A DNA stretch of 64,000 nucleotides, taken from the NCBI RefSeq assembly GCF_009914755.1, contig NC_060933.1, one strand, 5' to 3'. The translations under genes and the position numbers were made by a program. Under the pieces are notes generated by a model. That model saw nothing but the letters and a program-made list of their open reading frames with translations. It was not told the origin of the DNA and ran no database searches. Below, one piece after another: positions 1-12,640 of this stretch; the stretch's first letter is position 1; each line of letters opens with the position of its first letter. The DNA comes from the human T2T-CHM13v2.0 reference genome, Homo sapiens.

Positions 1-939
1 TCGATCCTTTCTTTAGTCTCTCTTTTAGGGTTTCCCTTGGTAGCAGTCTCCCTTGAGGTCACTAGGCTTCCTCTCCTCAGTGAGCTTAGATTTTGGGAAG
101 CAAAAGGCAGAAAGGGAAGTATTTTGCAAGCAACTCCTGCTTTTTATTCTATCAAGAACTTCCCTTGAGGTAAGAAGGCACAGAGCCTCCTCCCTGCCTA
201 AATGGTGATGGGAAAGAAGAGGACACAGAGGAAAACTATCAGTTTGTATCTCCAGAACTTACTCTGCCATTTAGAGTTTCCATGGGTGTGCACTTGAGTG
301 AGTGACAGATCGGTTACCTACAGGAAAAGTAAGATGAGATTGTTTGGGAGACAGCTCTCAGATGGTGTCACAGCCTGCTGTTACCACTATTCCTGATGAA
401 ACTGTCATTTGGCAACAAAAGTAGATCCTGCCTTCTATTCCAATGCAAGATCTGTGTCTTATAGGAGTACTTTTCCACATGTATTATTTAATCTGAGTTC
501 CTTTAACCCTCTCATGAGAAAGGCTGTATGATCCCCATATCAGCCAAGACCAAGACTCTTAAGAAGCGAAGCCATCTAGCTAGTGTGAGGTGGGGCTGGG
601 ATGTGAACCTGTGTCTATCCGGCTCCTGGTCTCTGTGCTCCTTGCAACTCGGACAGCACACTGGCACACTGGCTCCCTTCCGTCTCCCCACACACACAAC
701 AGAGCTGCCCACCGCAAGGCTCAGAGCTCAGGCAGCCAGGCGGGCATCCTTTCACCTCTCTCCTCAGCCCATGAGTCTTTGGCTGTGCTGCTATTTTACA
801 TGGAGCCTCCTTTTCCCACCCAAATCCAGCTCAAGCTGCCTCCCTCATGACTCACCATCCAGAGGACTGTGAACTATGTCTCCCTGTCCTTCTCCAAATT
901 AACCATCCCTCTCTAGTGACCCTTACCTCGCCTCCCTCA

Positions 940-1160
940 TACTTTGGGATTTATACACATGTCTCATGTCCCCCAGTACTCTAGAGGCTCTGAGGTGGCA
1001 TGACCATGTCTGATTTATTGCTACACTCCCAAGAAACATGGTCTGATACCTAGGAGATACATAAGAACTGTCCATGGAATGGAAGAATGAACAGATAGAT
1101 GAGTAAATGAATGTATGTATGAAAAAGGGAATAAATGAGTGAATGAACTAATGAAATGAA
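940..1160 (+). mobile_element. L2 3' end fragment
   Basis: L2-like 3' terminus ending in degenerate (GAAT)n tail. Confidence 0.55.
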
Positions 1161-1464
1161 AGTGAAAACCCATAGAGGATGGCAAGAATGCCAAGCAGCC
1201 ATTATACAGAGTGATGAGATAGGATTCACTGCAAAGCATGCTGGAGAGAAGAAACACTGAGATTAAGATGATTCCAAAATGCAAATATGGCTGCAGGTCT
1301 AGGGAACTGAAAAACACTCTTTATGTCCCACTAGCCCCATGTTTCACTCTGGACTTACTTTATGGGGAAGTGGTATACTGGTTTCTGGAGCTCACTTTCA
1401 TAAAGCCCTAGCCCTTCCTCCTGTTCATTAATAAACAGTTACAGGACAACAGCACTATAATAGG

Positions 1465-1690
1465 TAATAATTCTGGTGTACCCACCATGTGCCAGGCATT
1501 CTTCCAAGTACCTCATTCAATTCTCACAACAATAAGATGAGACATAGACTGTTATTTATCTGATTTTACAGATGAAAAAATGGAGGCTTAGAGAAGTCAA
1601 ATACTTTTCTTAATGTCACTCATTTAATAAATGGCAGAACTAGAATTCAAACCCATGTTATCTGACTTCAGAGCCATCCCTCCTAATCAC
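1465..1690 (-). mobile_element. MIR
   Basis: MIR core ATTTTACAGATGAAAAAATGGAGGCTTAGAGAAG...AGAATTCAAACCC. Confidence 0.85.
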
Positions 1691-1744
1691 TCTCCCATCA
1701 AGCAGCACATTCCTATGGCCGGCTGGCTAGGAGACTAAGTTTCC

Positions 1745-1960
1745 ATTCATTGAGCACTTGCTCTGTGATTCACCAAACATGCTGTAGACATTCAATCCAC
1801 AATAACCTCATGACTGAAGGACCAGACCATTTTGATCCCCATTTTACAAACAACGACACTAAGGTTTGTGTGACCAAGTGATGCCACTAGAAAATGACAA
1901 AGCTGGGATTTGAACCCAAGTTGGCTTATTCCAAAACCAATGCTGTTTACCACACTATTC
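1745..1960 (-). mobile_element. MIR
   Basis: CCCCATTTTACA...GCTGGGATTTGAACCCAAG. Confidence 0.75.
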
Positions 1961-2049
1961 TGTATCCCAGAAGAAGCACTCATTTTCTTTCTCCTTCAAT
2001 AAATGGTCACGGGGTCCAAGAAAGAGACCTATATTTGAAATCAGGTTAT

Positions 2050-2220
2050 TTGTGTTCCAGTCTTGGTTCTTCCACTTGGGTCTGTACCTTGGGCACGTCC
2101 TTTAACACCTCTGAGCCTCAGTTTCCTCATCCATCAAATGGAGCCAATCATGCCACATTACAGAATTATTGTGAGGGTTAAATGAGAAGCTAATGCTGAT
2201 GAAAGCACTGTGTAAACTTT
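2050..2220 (+). mobile_element. MIR
   Basis: TTTAACACCTCTGAGCCTCAGTTTCCTCATC...GTGAGGGTTAAATGAG. Confidence 0.8.
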
Positions 2221-3544
2221 TTCTCTCTGAGGTAGAAAGAAGTCAATAGATATGATTATACTTCTCCTGGGAGTGAATAAAATGAGTCTCACAGAGATGA
2301 AGTGAGTAGTCTAACAATCTCACAGAGAGTCGTTCATTAGAGCAGGAATGAAGCCCAGATGTCCCTAGGCAGAAGTCCATGTGCCTTTTGCGAGGTGGCC
2401 AAGGATCATTATTTTGCACGGGTGAGACTCTGCCAGCCCCAGAGTGCTTCTTCAGTTTCGACGCACACCATCTTTCCCCCATCCTACACCTCCTTAGCTC
2501 TTTCTGGGCCCCTTGACAGTCAGGGTAAAAGTCTTTTTCCGTCTTTCCTAGGCTTAACTGTAAAATTATGTGGTCTTATTGTGTTAGAGAGTTCTACCCA
2601 GGATGAGCGATGCTGAGAGAAGGCAGCGTGAGCCTGGTCAGGCACGCTTGTCAAGAGCTTGAGATGCTCTGTTAATGAATGTCATTTTGGAGCTGGTTGG
2701 GATTAAGCCATTATCTGTGTGATCTTCACCTGACTCTTGATGGACCAAAATTCATACATTCCAATTCTGTGCTTAACTAGGAAGGCTTTACAGCTCCTTT
2801 CTCCTCTAGAATCTTTTCAATCTCCGGGACCTATTATGCAGCAATTTTGCTTTCTCCAATTTCATTTTCACTTTCAAAGTGAATGTCATTTGTCAGGCAA
2901 ACCACATATTCTTTGGATTCCTATCTGCTAAATTATTTCTGAACTTGACTTTTTTGGGCCCCCATTCTGGCTGACCTAAATTCTTCTCTGTCTTCTACCA
3001 TTTCTCCCTTCTCTCTGAAGGCAGCCATTTGTGGCTTCGTTGCCTAAAGAAGCTGTTTCTGGAAGCACTTATCTGTTACCCCAGTTGGAAAGTTATCATT
3101 TGTATCTAAATTAGCTAGTGTGATCTTTTATCTGAACTCCAGGCAGAGCTGATCCTTTGTATGAGAACTACCCATCAGGTTTCAGACCCATCTGCAGCAT
3201 CATTCTCAGATGACTTACTTTGGAACTAAGATTTAAGTCTTCAGTGTTTCTAAATGTAAAGATTGTCAGTGTAGCCACTTTTCAAAAGAACTTGACACTC
3301 TCACAAGGGTGATACCTAAATCCCAATTAGGCCATCTCCTGCCCAAGCTCATCTCAGAAGCAATGTCATGCATGGACCCCTGGTGTTTCTGTCCTAATGT
3401 TGCCAACTGTAGACAGAATGCCTGATAGAGGGAAACAGTTCCACAGTAGCAAAGAATGATTTCATACAATTCACCTTCAGGGTTAGCAGCAAAGAGATTT
3501 TGCAATGAAATCGGAAATGTTAACACATGTCAAAAATGATCTCA

Positions 3545-3745
3545 CAAGAGGGCTGGCAGCCTTGCTCTGCCCAATGTTGGACATACCATGGATAGAGCAT
3601 TGGGCTGGAGTTTGAAGTACCCCAAATCCAGAGGACATGACCACATGTCAATTTTGCAGAGAATAACAAAGATCATGAAGAGGCCAAACTGCATAAAGGT
3701 TGGTTAAAAGAACTGGAATGTTTAGCCTGGAAAGGAGAGACTTTT
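3545..3745 (+). mobile_element. CR1/L3 fragment
   Basis: GGTTAAAAGAACTGGAATGTTTAGCCTGGAAAGGAGAGACT resembles the L3 ORF2 3' region. Confidence 0.6.
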
Positions 3746-4315
3746 GTGGGGATAAGCAGGGTGGAAAATTCTGTCTCAGACTCCTGTTTTATAAATTAGA
3801 AACCTGAGACTTAGCACAAACCCAGGGAATAACCAGAGTGAACATTTTAAAGAATAAATGAGATCACTTTGCTTTGCTGCCTAAAACCATCCAATGATTT
3901 CCCCACTGATGTTAGAATAAAGAGCCAGCCCCAAGCCATGGCCTCCAAGACCCCACATGGAGGCACTGGTCCCTCTGTGTTGGGTAGAGAATCAGTTAAG
4001 CTATACAATCAAGAGACTCCCAAATATCAGGTAGAAGTTTATTTCTCTACCTTGTTATACATGGCACCACAATTTGCAGACCAGGCCAGGCCTCAATAAG
4101 GTGCAGTTAACAGACACTGTCAGCTGACACTTCAGGAACATACCAGGGAATGAAAAGGAGACCCTGGCCTACTTCACATACATGATGAAGAGTAACAAGA
4201 AGAGACTGGATTAGAAACTGGAAGATGGTATGTAGCTCCAGTGACGATGAAGCACATCTTAAAGGAATGAAGCAGAATGCACAGGTGATATCTGCTACAT
4301 TTCAGTCCATAAAGA

Positions 4316-4597
<282 letters not shown>

Positions 4598-4972
4598 TAA
4601 AATAGTGTGAATAATGAAAATTAGTCACAGATGAGTGGTGAAGGGAAGGCAGGCAGTCTCTGTCATCCTTAGAAGGGAGCTTCTGTATCTGGGTGCAGGT
4701 GGCTCCTCCAAGCTCTTTCACTTTTCAGAGTCTGCTTAAGGGGTTCCTTGGGGCATCCGTTGCCCACCCTATCTAAATGAGCTTACCCAGCATATATTTT
4801 GTCTTAGCTCAGCATCCTGCTTGTTTCTTTCACAGCACTTACCACAATTTATACTTGTTTATTTATTTATTAGATTTAATTATTTTTATCTATCCTTCCT
4901 CCCCTTCCTACACTGCTAGACTGATAGTCTCCATAAGGGTAGAGTAGGAATCTTATATGCCTCATTCATTAC

Positions 4973-6678
4973 TGTATTAGTTATCTGCTACTGCTTAACA
5001 AATTACCCCAATACAGAATAGCTCAAAATAATAAACATTTGGCTGCCTCATCCCAGGCTGAGCACCGCGCGCAAAGCCGTGCAGAGATTGGAGGCCGTGT
5101 GGGTCCCTGGTCTGGGCCATGTCTGGCTGTGACGCCCGGGAGGGAGACTTTTGTTCCCCGAGATGCGGAGCGCAGGACAAGGAGCATCCAAGATACCTGA
5201 TCCCAGAACTTTGCAAACAGTTTTACCATTTGCGCTGGGTCACTGGGACTGGAGGAGGAATTGGCTTGAGGCATGGCGGTGAAATCTACATTGCTCCTTC
5301 AGGAGTGCAAAAGGAACGAATTCAGCCTGAAGACATGTTTGTTTGTGATATAAATGAAAAGGACATAAGTGGACCTTCGCCATCTAAGAAGCTAAAATAA
5401 AGCCAGTGTACTCCTCTTCTCATGAATGCTTACACAATGAGAGGAGCAGGTGCGGTGATTCATACCCACTCTAAAGCTGCTGTGATGGCCACCCTTCTCT
5501 TTCGAGGATGGGAGTTTAAAATTACACATCAAGAGATGATCAAAGGAATAAAGAAATGTACTTCTGGAGGGTATTATAGATATGATGATATGTTAGTGGC
5601 ACCCATTATTGAGAATACACCTGAGGAGAAAGACTTCAAAGATAGAATGGCTCATGCAATGAATGAATACCCAGACTCCTGTGCAGTACTGGTCAGACGT
5701 CATGGAGTATATGTGTGGGGGGAAACATGAGAGAAGGCCAAAACCATGTGTGAGTGTTATGACTATTTATTTGATATTGCCGTATCAATGAAGAAAGTAG
5801 GACTTGATCCTTCACAGCTCCCAGTTGGAGAAAATGGAATTGTCTAAGCCAAAAGAAAGTCTAATTATATACAGAGATAAAGTTAAACATAATTATTATT
5901 TAAATGAAAGCTATTTTTTTAAATGAATTGAAATTTTTCATGACGCTACTAATTTGCCATTAAATACTGCAAATGGTCACCCTGAATCTCTTCTGACATT
6001 GGATGTTATTTGCTTATATTCTTATAATTTTAAATGAGGGGACAGTGAAATGAAAATTTTATACTCTATGTTTCTGTTTATTTTTAAATCCTTAACAGCA
6101 AAATATTTGCCTTTAATTTCTTTTTTATATATACTCTCAGAGAATTCCTCTTAATTTTTAAAGATGCTGGTGATAATAAAATTCATTGGAAAATTTCAAA
6201 AAATAATAATAATGATAATAAACATTTATTATCTCACAGTTTCTGTGAGTCAGGAATTTAGAAGCAGCTTTTCTGGATGGCTTTGGATTGGAGTCTCTTA
6301 ACATCAAGGAAGATGTCAGCTGGGACGCAATTATCCAAAGGCACAGCTGGGGTGGAAGGATCCAAAAAGGCTCACTCACCTGGTGCTGGTTGTCAGCAGA
6401 GGCCTCGGCTCCTTTCCACAAGGAGCCTCTCCAAGCACTGCTTGAGCATCTGCACAACATGGAAGCTGGCTTCTCCTGGAGTAAGCACTGCAAGAGAAAG
6501 CAAGGCAGAAACCACAGTGTCATTTATGACCCAGTCACGGAAGTCGCACACTATGATTTCTGCACTATCCTATTGGTTACATAGGTCAGCCCCATTCATT
6601 GTGGGAGGGGATCACACATGGATGTGAATGTCAGGAAACAGGGATCACTGTGGGCCATCTGGAAAGCTGGCTACCACA
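4973..6678 (-). mobile_element. MLT1F-like MaLR LTR (4973-5040 and 6215-6678) split by the APIP retrocopy
   Basis: TGTATTAGTTATCT...AACAAATTACCCC start and GCCATCTGGAAAGCTGGCTACCACA end. 5-bp TSD ATTAC (4968-4972) / ACTAC (6679-6683). Confidence 0.85.
5041..6214 (+). pseudogene. APIP: APIP (methylthioribulose-1-phosphate dehydratase / APAF1-interacting protein) processed pseudogene, full length
   Basis: Translation matches APIP ([10 protein letters not shown]...[17 protein letters not shown]...IHTHSK...[11 protein letters not shown]...PVGENGIV). Intronless, ATG 5119 to TAA 5845-5847 = 242 codons in one frame. Premature stops at 5398-5400 (TAA) and 5728-5730 (TGA). GC-rich 5'UTR, 3'UTR, AATAAA at 6175-6180, A-rich tail. 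TSD ATAATAAACATTT at 5028-5040 and 6215-6227. Confidence 0.97.
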
Positions 6679-8194
6679 ACTACTCTTTCCCTTAGCAGCC
6701 AGTGTCATGCTGGCAAATGGTAGGCACTTAATATATGTTGGCTCGATGAATGAGTGAAGGGGGACAGCTCAAGTCAACTCGATATTATCAAGATTAGTAG
6801 CTGGAGTCAGCCTTGAAATCAGGTTTTCAGTCTCTTAGTGCTCTCTCCCTATACCACACTGTCTTCTTTATGACTTCTCCTACCATGTGCCCCCTTTTCC
6901 AATACTTGGACACACCGCCTTATCTTTCCCAGCCTGTACCAGCCTGTACACAACCTGATAATGGCTCATCTGGCAAAAAAAAAAAAAGAATCACGCATTA
7001 CTGAAATATGTCTTTGCTTTAGTACCTGGAGGAGAAAGCAGGGCCCTGGGAGGGGATGTGAGGGCCTGACAGATGCCATAAGCAGCATTTGAGAGTCTAA
7101 GGCAGCGGTTTTGAAACCAGCATGCGGGAGACTCAGCAGGGAGTTTGGTAATGCGTCCAGGTTAGAACCCAAGAATCTTCAGTTAGGCAGGTTTGTGGGG
7201 AGTTCTGATTGCTGGTGGGTGAACAAACAATCCCACTCCTCCAGCTCTTTTGTACCACTGGGGTCACGCTTCTGGAGGGTATCTGTGGAGGGGTGGAGTT
7301 GGAGAGACAAATCCCAACCATAAACCTGTCAAGGTAAGAGGATTCACACAGGCTTGCTAGGAAAGAGACAAGGGGAGCGTGGGTGGAGGTGGGTGGGGAT
7401 GGGATGTGGGGTGGTAAGAGCAACAGGGCAAAGGTTCCTTAGTAGTGCGTTTGTGTAACATTGGAGTGCTGTTTCTTAGGTTTTTTTTTTCTTTTTTCTT
7501 TTTGCAGGGGCTGTGTGTGTATGTAAGTTAGCTCCTTCAGTATCCAACTGGGAATTTGATTCATTTAACTTGTTCAGAATCAGTTGCAATAAACCAGGTG
7601 GTTTTGCATTGCTCATGCAAATCACTTTCTCCTCACACATGGCTACAGTCCCAGCTGCCAAAATGTTGTCATGTTCTTGTCTTCAGAGCCTTAATAAGAA
7701 GAAAAAATACAGTCTGGAGTGTATATGTGCTCAACACTCTCCCTGGTTATCACTGAGCCTCTGTGGCCACTACTAAGCTGTCAACAGCTAGTTAGCTCTT
7801 CCTGAGCCAGAAGAAGAGGCGTGGGGCCATGGGTGAACTAAAGGGCCAGGAGCTCCAGCTGTCTAGGCCACAGATTCCACCAACTACTCCATATATCTCT
7901 TATTAAAGCCACAGAACCTTGGGTATGAGGACTAAAATCCCAAATTCTGCTTCTGTCTTTGTATTTCTGACTAGATTTGGCCTCAAACCAATGGTATCAT
8001 GGTTCTCTAATTCTTATGAGAAGCAGGTGAGGCAATCAGAGTCACAATTCCCAGTTGATTTTCTTTCATGGTGCAGAAAAAGACAATATTGGGAGTAAAT
8101 ATAAAAGATTATTTGTGACCAAAAAATGACCTCTAGAGAGTTCTGACGACCCAGCCTCTGTTCATCGACCCCGTGGCTAAAGAATCAATATCTC

Positions 8195-8555
8195 CATGGT
8201 AAACTGGTTGACTACACACCCACAGTAGTGGCCCTTCCAGAGAGACAATTATACTTCCTCATGCCGTGGACTCATATGTAGCCATGCGTCTTGCTTTGGC
8301 CAATGAGATGCAAGCAGAAGTGACATGTCACTGCCAGGCGGGATCTTCAGGAGCCAGAGCACATTCCGCCTTGCTCATTACTTCTGCTGCAGGGACTAGC
8401 AAAGCTCCAGATCATCTTGGAGTAGAGACAGTTTGCAGCAGAGCCACAGCCAGCTTACAAGAGGCCTATCAGATGAGCAAGGAACGAACTTCTTTTGTTT
8501 TAAGAGTTAGGGGGTCATTGTTCCCACAGTAAAACCTCTCCCATCCTGACTGTAT
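8195..8555 (+). mobile_element. Old MaLR LTR (MLT1H/I/J-like)
   Basis: TTGCTTTGGCCAATGAGATGCAAGCAGAAGTGACATGTCACTGCCAGG motif and LTR-like 3' end. Confidence 0.65.
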
Positions 8556-8859
8556 GGTGGCACAGCTAATGGGATCCTTTGACCTCAAGGACAGCTCTTG
8601 CTAACTGGAGAGTGCCACAGAAATGTTGGTCACCCACATGTGCAAGCACAGTCAGACTATAATTCATTTGTTTGAGTTTCTATCATCTCTGTCCTCTTTG
8701 GGGTTTGTCTTTATCCCAGGCTAGTAAAGAGACGACTGGAAATTCCAGTTATCATATTCATATAAAAAGAGATGGCTCTTTCTGTGTCTCTTTCAGAGAG
8801 AATTAAAATTTCACAGAAACTGTTGGATCTTCTGTAGCATACAATCATAATTAAGACAA

Positions 8860-9070
8860 AAAGCATGGCTGTGGAGTCCCACAGTCTAGGTTCAAATGCT
8901 GACTCTCTCATATAGTGGGTGATTTCAGATAACGGAGAAAATCTCAGTTTCCACATCTGTAAAATGGGAATAACAATAAGGCTTCACTCAGTGGCTCACT
9001 GCAATACGTGTAAGGGTTTTTGGTCTGGCACCTGGCACATCGCTCATACTCTGTTCATGCTAATAGTGGA
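8860..9070 (+). mobile_element. MIR
   Basis: CTCAGTTTCCACATCTGTAAAATGGGAATAACAATA core. Confidence 0.8.
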
Positions 9071-10338
9071 CGTCTGACATGCTCATGTTCTCTCATCCTA
9101 TAGCTTTTCATTAGAAATCTTTTAATATTATGAGTCCCACCTTAGTCTCCCTTGCAGCAAATTTATCTGCTGCAGTCAACCTTGACCCAGAATTGTACAG
9201 GGAAGGAAAGTCTGAAAAGCCCACGTCCAGCTTAGCTGAGTTGACACAAAACACAGCTATCACAGGCTGGAACGGTAGGTTAGGCTGTGCGGCCAAAACA
9301 GGGATTTTGAGGGGACAGACTAAAGTCTTAGAAAGTTTCTGTTTTATTTTTAAGTACGAGGGGCTTGATCAGATTTGCATTTAAAAGATCTCTTCGGTGT
9401 CAGGGTAGAGAATGGATTGGCAGGTGGGAGACAGGAAGCAGGAAGAACTGATTGTTGCAGTATTCTGTAATTTTTTCTAAGGTGTGCTTGAAATCCTTGT
9501 GGAAGAAGCTGAGATGAGAATCCAAAAGCAAACAAATGCTAGGGTAATTTCAGTTCTAATTATCTATGATATGATACAAACATGAAATATATGTACACAT
9601 ATCAGATTAGGATACTTCTTTTTTTCAAGAGACATTCAATCCACTTAATTAGTTTCCCAAAATGTGATACTGGTATTGATTTAATTCTGAAGTTTTTCCA
9701 CTGGCAATGTAAGTGTGTAAAATGATCAGAATAAGTCACTTATATTTTCTCCTCATATGCAGGGTAAAATAAAAGCTGTGAAGGACTGATTCTACTTGCC
9801 TAGAACCAAAGAGCATGAATTTAGTTCCCAAAAAATACCTTCAGAAGTAGGACAGAAGGAAACACTCACCCATGGAACACGCCTTGGCACTGATTGTCCG
9901 TGGGCTCCCCTTGGTCTCTCAGCCTTTTTTGTGACTGCTTGGACAAGTGCATTTAGTTCTGGCCAATGGACTGTGAACAGAAGTGACATGTCCCAGTCTG
10001 AGCTGAGGCAGCTTGGGGCTGTGGTGCCTTCCTCAGTTTTCTCTTTCCTACCGTGGTGACTCGGAGGCCACGCGTTCCAGGTTCCCCATCACAAATTTCA
10101 GGACCCTCAAAATCAGTTTCTCATCTGCAAAATGGGAATAATAATGTCTATTTTACAGGGTTGATAGGAGGAGTTAAAAAGGTCTCCCAGGGGAAAACCT
10201 GTAGCACAGTTTCCAGCACACAAAAGGCATTCAGTACCTGAACCGTATATTGCCACGTCCTCAGAAGGGAAACTCCCTACAGATAATGGTGAAGGACTCA
10301 GCACCAGGAAATTGCCTTGCAGGACACATACAGCCTTT

Positions 10339-10697
10339 AAAGTTTTCTTTGTATGTAATAAGAACACTTAACTTCAGATCTACCCTCTTAACAAATTTTA
10401 AATACAGCAACGTTAACTATAGGTGCAATGCTATACTGCAGATCTCTAGAACTTAATCATCTTGCATAACTGAAATTTTATACCCATTAAACAAAAACTC
10501 ATCTTCCCCTGCCCCAGTCTTTGGCAACCACCACTTGACTCTGTTTCTATGTGTTTAACTATTTTTGATCCCTCATATAAGTGCAATTAGACAGTATTTG
10601 TCCTTCTGTGACGGCCCATTTCACTTAGCATAATGTCCTCAAGATTGAGCCATGTTGTAGCATGTGGCAGGATTTCCTTCTTTGTTGATACTGAATA
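10339..10697 (-). mobile_element. L1MA-type 3' end, 5'-truncated
   Basis: AGAACACTTAAC...CAGATCTCTAGAACTT...TTTCACTTAGCATAATGTCCTC. TSD ACATACAGCCTTT at 10326-10338 and 10698-10710. Confidence 0.88.
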
Positions 10698-12249
10698 ACA
10701 TACAGCCTTTTGATAGTGATCAGAGAGAAATTTGCGTTTTCTATTCTCTTAAATCCTTCATGTTTAGCTTAAAAATTATACACGTAATTTATGTTAGTGA
10801 TAAAAAAACTTGGAAAATACATATAAATCGTAAGCGGGGGGAAGAAACCTCATAATTTTGACAGCAGAGATACTTGATGTTTTAGATGTGTCATTCCATA
10901 TAGATAAGTACCTATAATCGCTTATTACACAGCTGCATAGTATTTCATTGTGTGGACATAGCCCAGATTGTAGGTGGTTTCCAAATTTTTGCTATTGCAA
11001 TCAATACTGTGATCTTCAATGCTGAAATAATCACAAGGCAAAGTTTTATTAGCTCTGCTATCTAATTCCTTTCCCCACTTCTAACTCTCCTGTTTGTCCC
11101 TAGTATAAATAATTAAAATGTTTTCCAGTCATACCTTTCTAATTATTTATTAATGGTTCCTAAGTCAAAAGATCATTGCTGGGATTAATTACAACAGAGA
11201 CACTTGTTCGCACAAACCTAATCCTCATTTCCTATCAGAAACTACGCATGAATCTACAGACTGAACTTCACAGACCAGACTGATCTTTTACAACAAACAG
11301 ATGCCAAGCAGGATCTTCTTTGGTATGGAGAGAATTACATCATTACTTAATAATTTAGACAGGAGAAAATTAGCTCCAAAATAAGGGAATTTGGGTATAA
11401 AAGCAGTTTGCTAAATTATTAGCAATGCTGCAAAGCAGAAGGAGTATGAGCTTGGAGTCAGACAAATGAGATTGTTTGACCCTAATCCTTATTTGCCGTG
11501 TGCTCTTGAGCAATTTACTGAAGTTCTCTGGGCCCCAGCTTCTTTATAAAATACTTAACTAATATCTATGCAGGGTGGTTCTAAAGATTAAAATAATAAT
11601 AAAGAACATCAACTACATTTTTACCATACATTAATAGAGAAAGAAAGTAAACTCCCATTTTTTCCATGCAGAAAGCCACAGAAGGGCACCAGGAGTGACA
11701 TTTTCCTCCTTGATGGTTAAGACATGGAGAATGGCTAGAGTCAAGGTCTCCAACTAAGAAGCAGCTGTCTCTTAGTCCAATTCTATCTTTGATATCTCAG
11801 ACCAACAGAGTTCTCCACTAATAGAATGGCCAAAGAATTTACATCCACATTGAGACACTTTTGAGATGTAACTGGGGCACTGTAAATAGTTACCAGGAAC
11901 AACAGGTGTGAACTTGACCTCTTCCAGGCAGAGTGGCCACCCTAGTATTAACCAAGTAAGGACCAGTCTATATAAAGCAAGTGGGGAAATCAGGTCACTT
12001 CATTTCAAAGTACTCATTAGAGCTGTTACAGTTATTCCCATGTGACTGAGAAAAAAACAATTAAGTCAGACACAGACTGCAGTATGCACAAAGTTTATTT
12101 GACCTGTCCAGAACAACATTTAGCACCATCTCTTTGAATGACCATTCTGTTATTAGTGTTCTTCTAGGAGCTAAGCAAACTTCTTTCTCTCTCCCATAAA
12201 TCTTCATGTGTAATTTTATAAGATTTGTGGCTTTTTTCTATTTATTTTA

Positions 12250-12640
12250 CATTTTTACACATTGAGTATATGCCAAGCTCTAGCCTAAATTTACTGGAAC
12301 TACAAAGATGGGTGAGCCATAGTCTCTGCTTTCAAAAAAACTCACAGTTAAGCCAGGGAGACAAATGAGGAAGCCATTAACAAAAATAGACAATGTTATC
12401 AATTCCGACATGGAAGTGTGTGCAAGCACTATGGAACACAGAAAAGAGGGTGATTAACTCTTCTCTAGAAAGTATCACTGAAGTGGTCATGTTTGAGACA
12501 ACTCAAATAACATTTTCTAAGTGAAGAAGTGTGAGAAGTACCTTACATGTGCAGGGTTCAGGAAGCTTGAGAGTGTGAGATGTGTGAGGATCTGTTCCAC
12601 CTGCAGTGTGGCTGGAGCTTACTGTGAAAGAGGGTGAAGC
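12250..12640 (-). mobile_element. L2 fragment
   Basis: Antisense L2 3' region motifs (CTCACAGTTAAGCCAGGGAGACAAATG...CACTATGGAACACAGA). Confidence 0.6.

Larger units (their letters stand above)
4740..6757 (+). mobile_element. L2 3' end (4740-4972 and 6684-6757) interrupted by MLT1F
   Basis: L2 terminal sequence continues across the LTR: ...CTCATTCATTAC / ...GGCAAATGGTAGGCACTTAATATATGTTGG...GAATGAGTGAA. Confidence 0.7.

Noticed and set aside
5119-5730. APIP ORFs as functional CDS
   Set aside because: Intronless, TSD-flanked, polyA-tailed and broken by two nonsense codons. Annotated as a pseudogene.
7607-7622. Canonical SOX-OCT composite site
   Set aside because: CATTGCTCATGCAAAT has a non-consensus SOX half and one extra spacer base.
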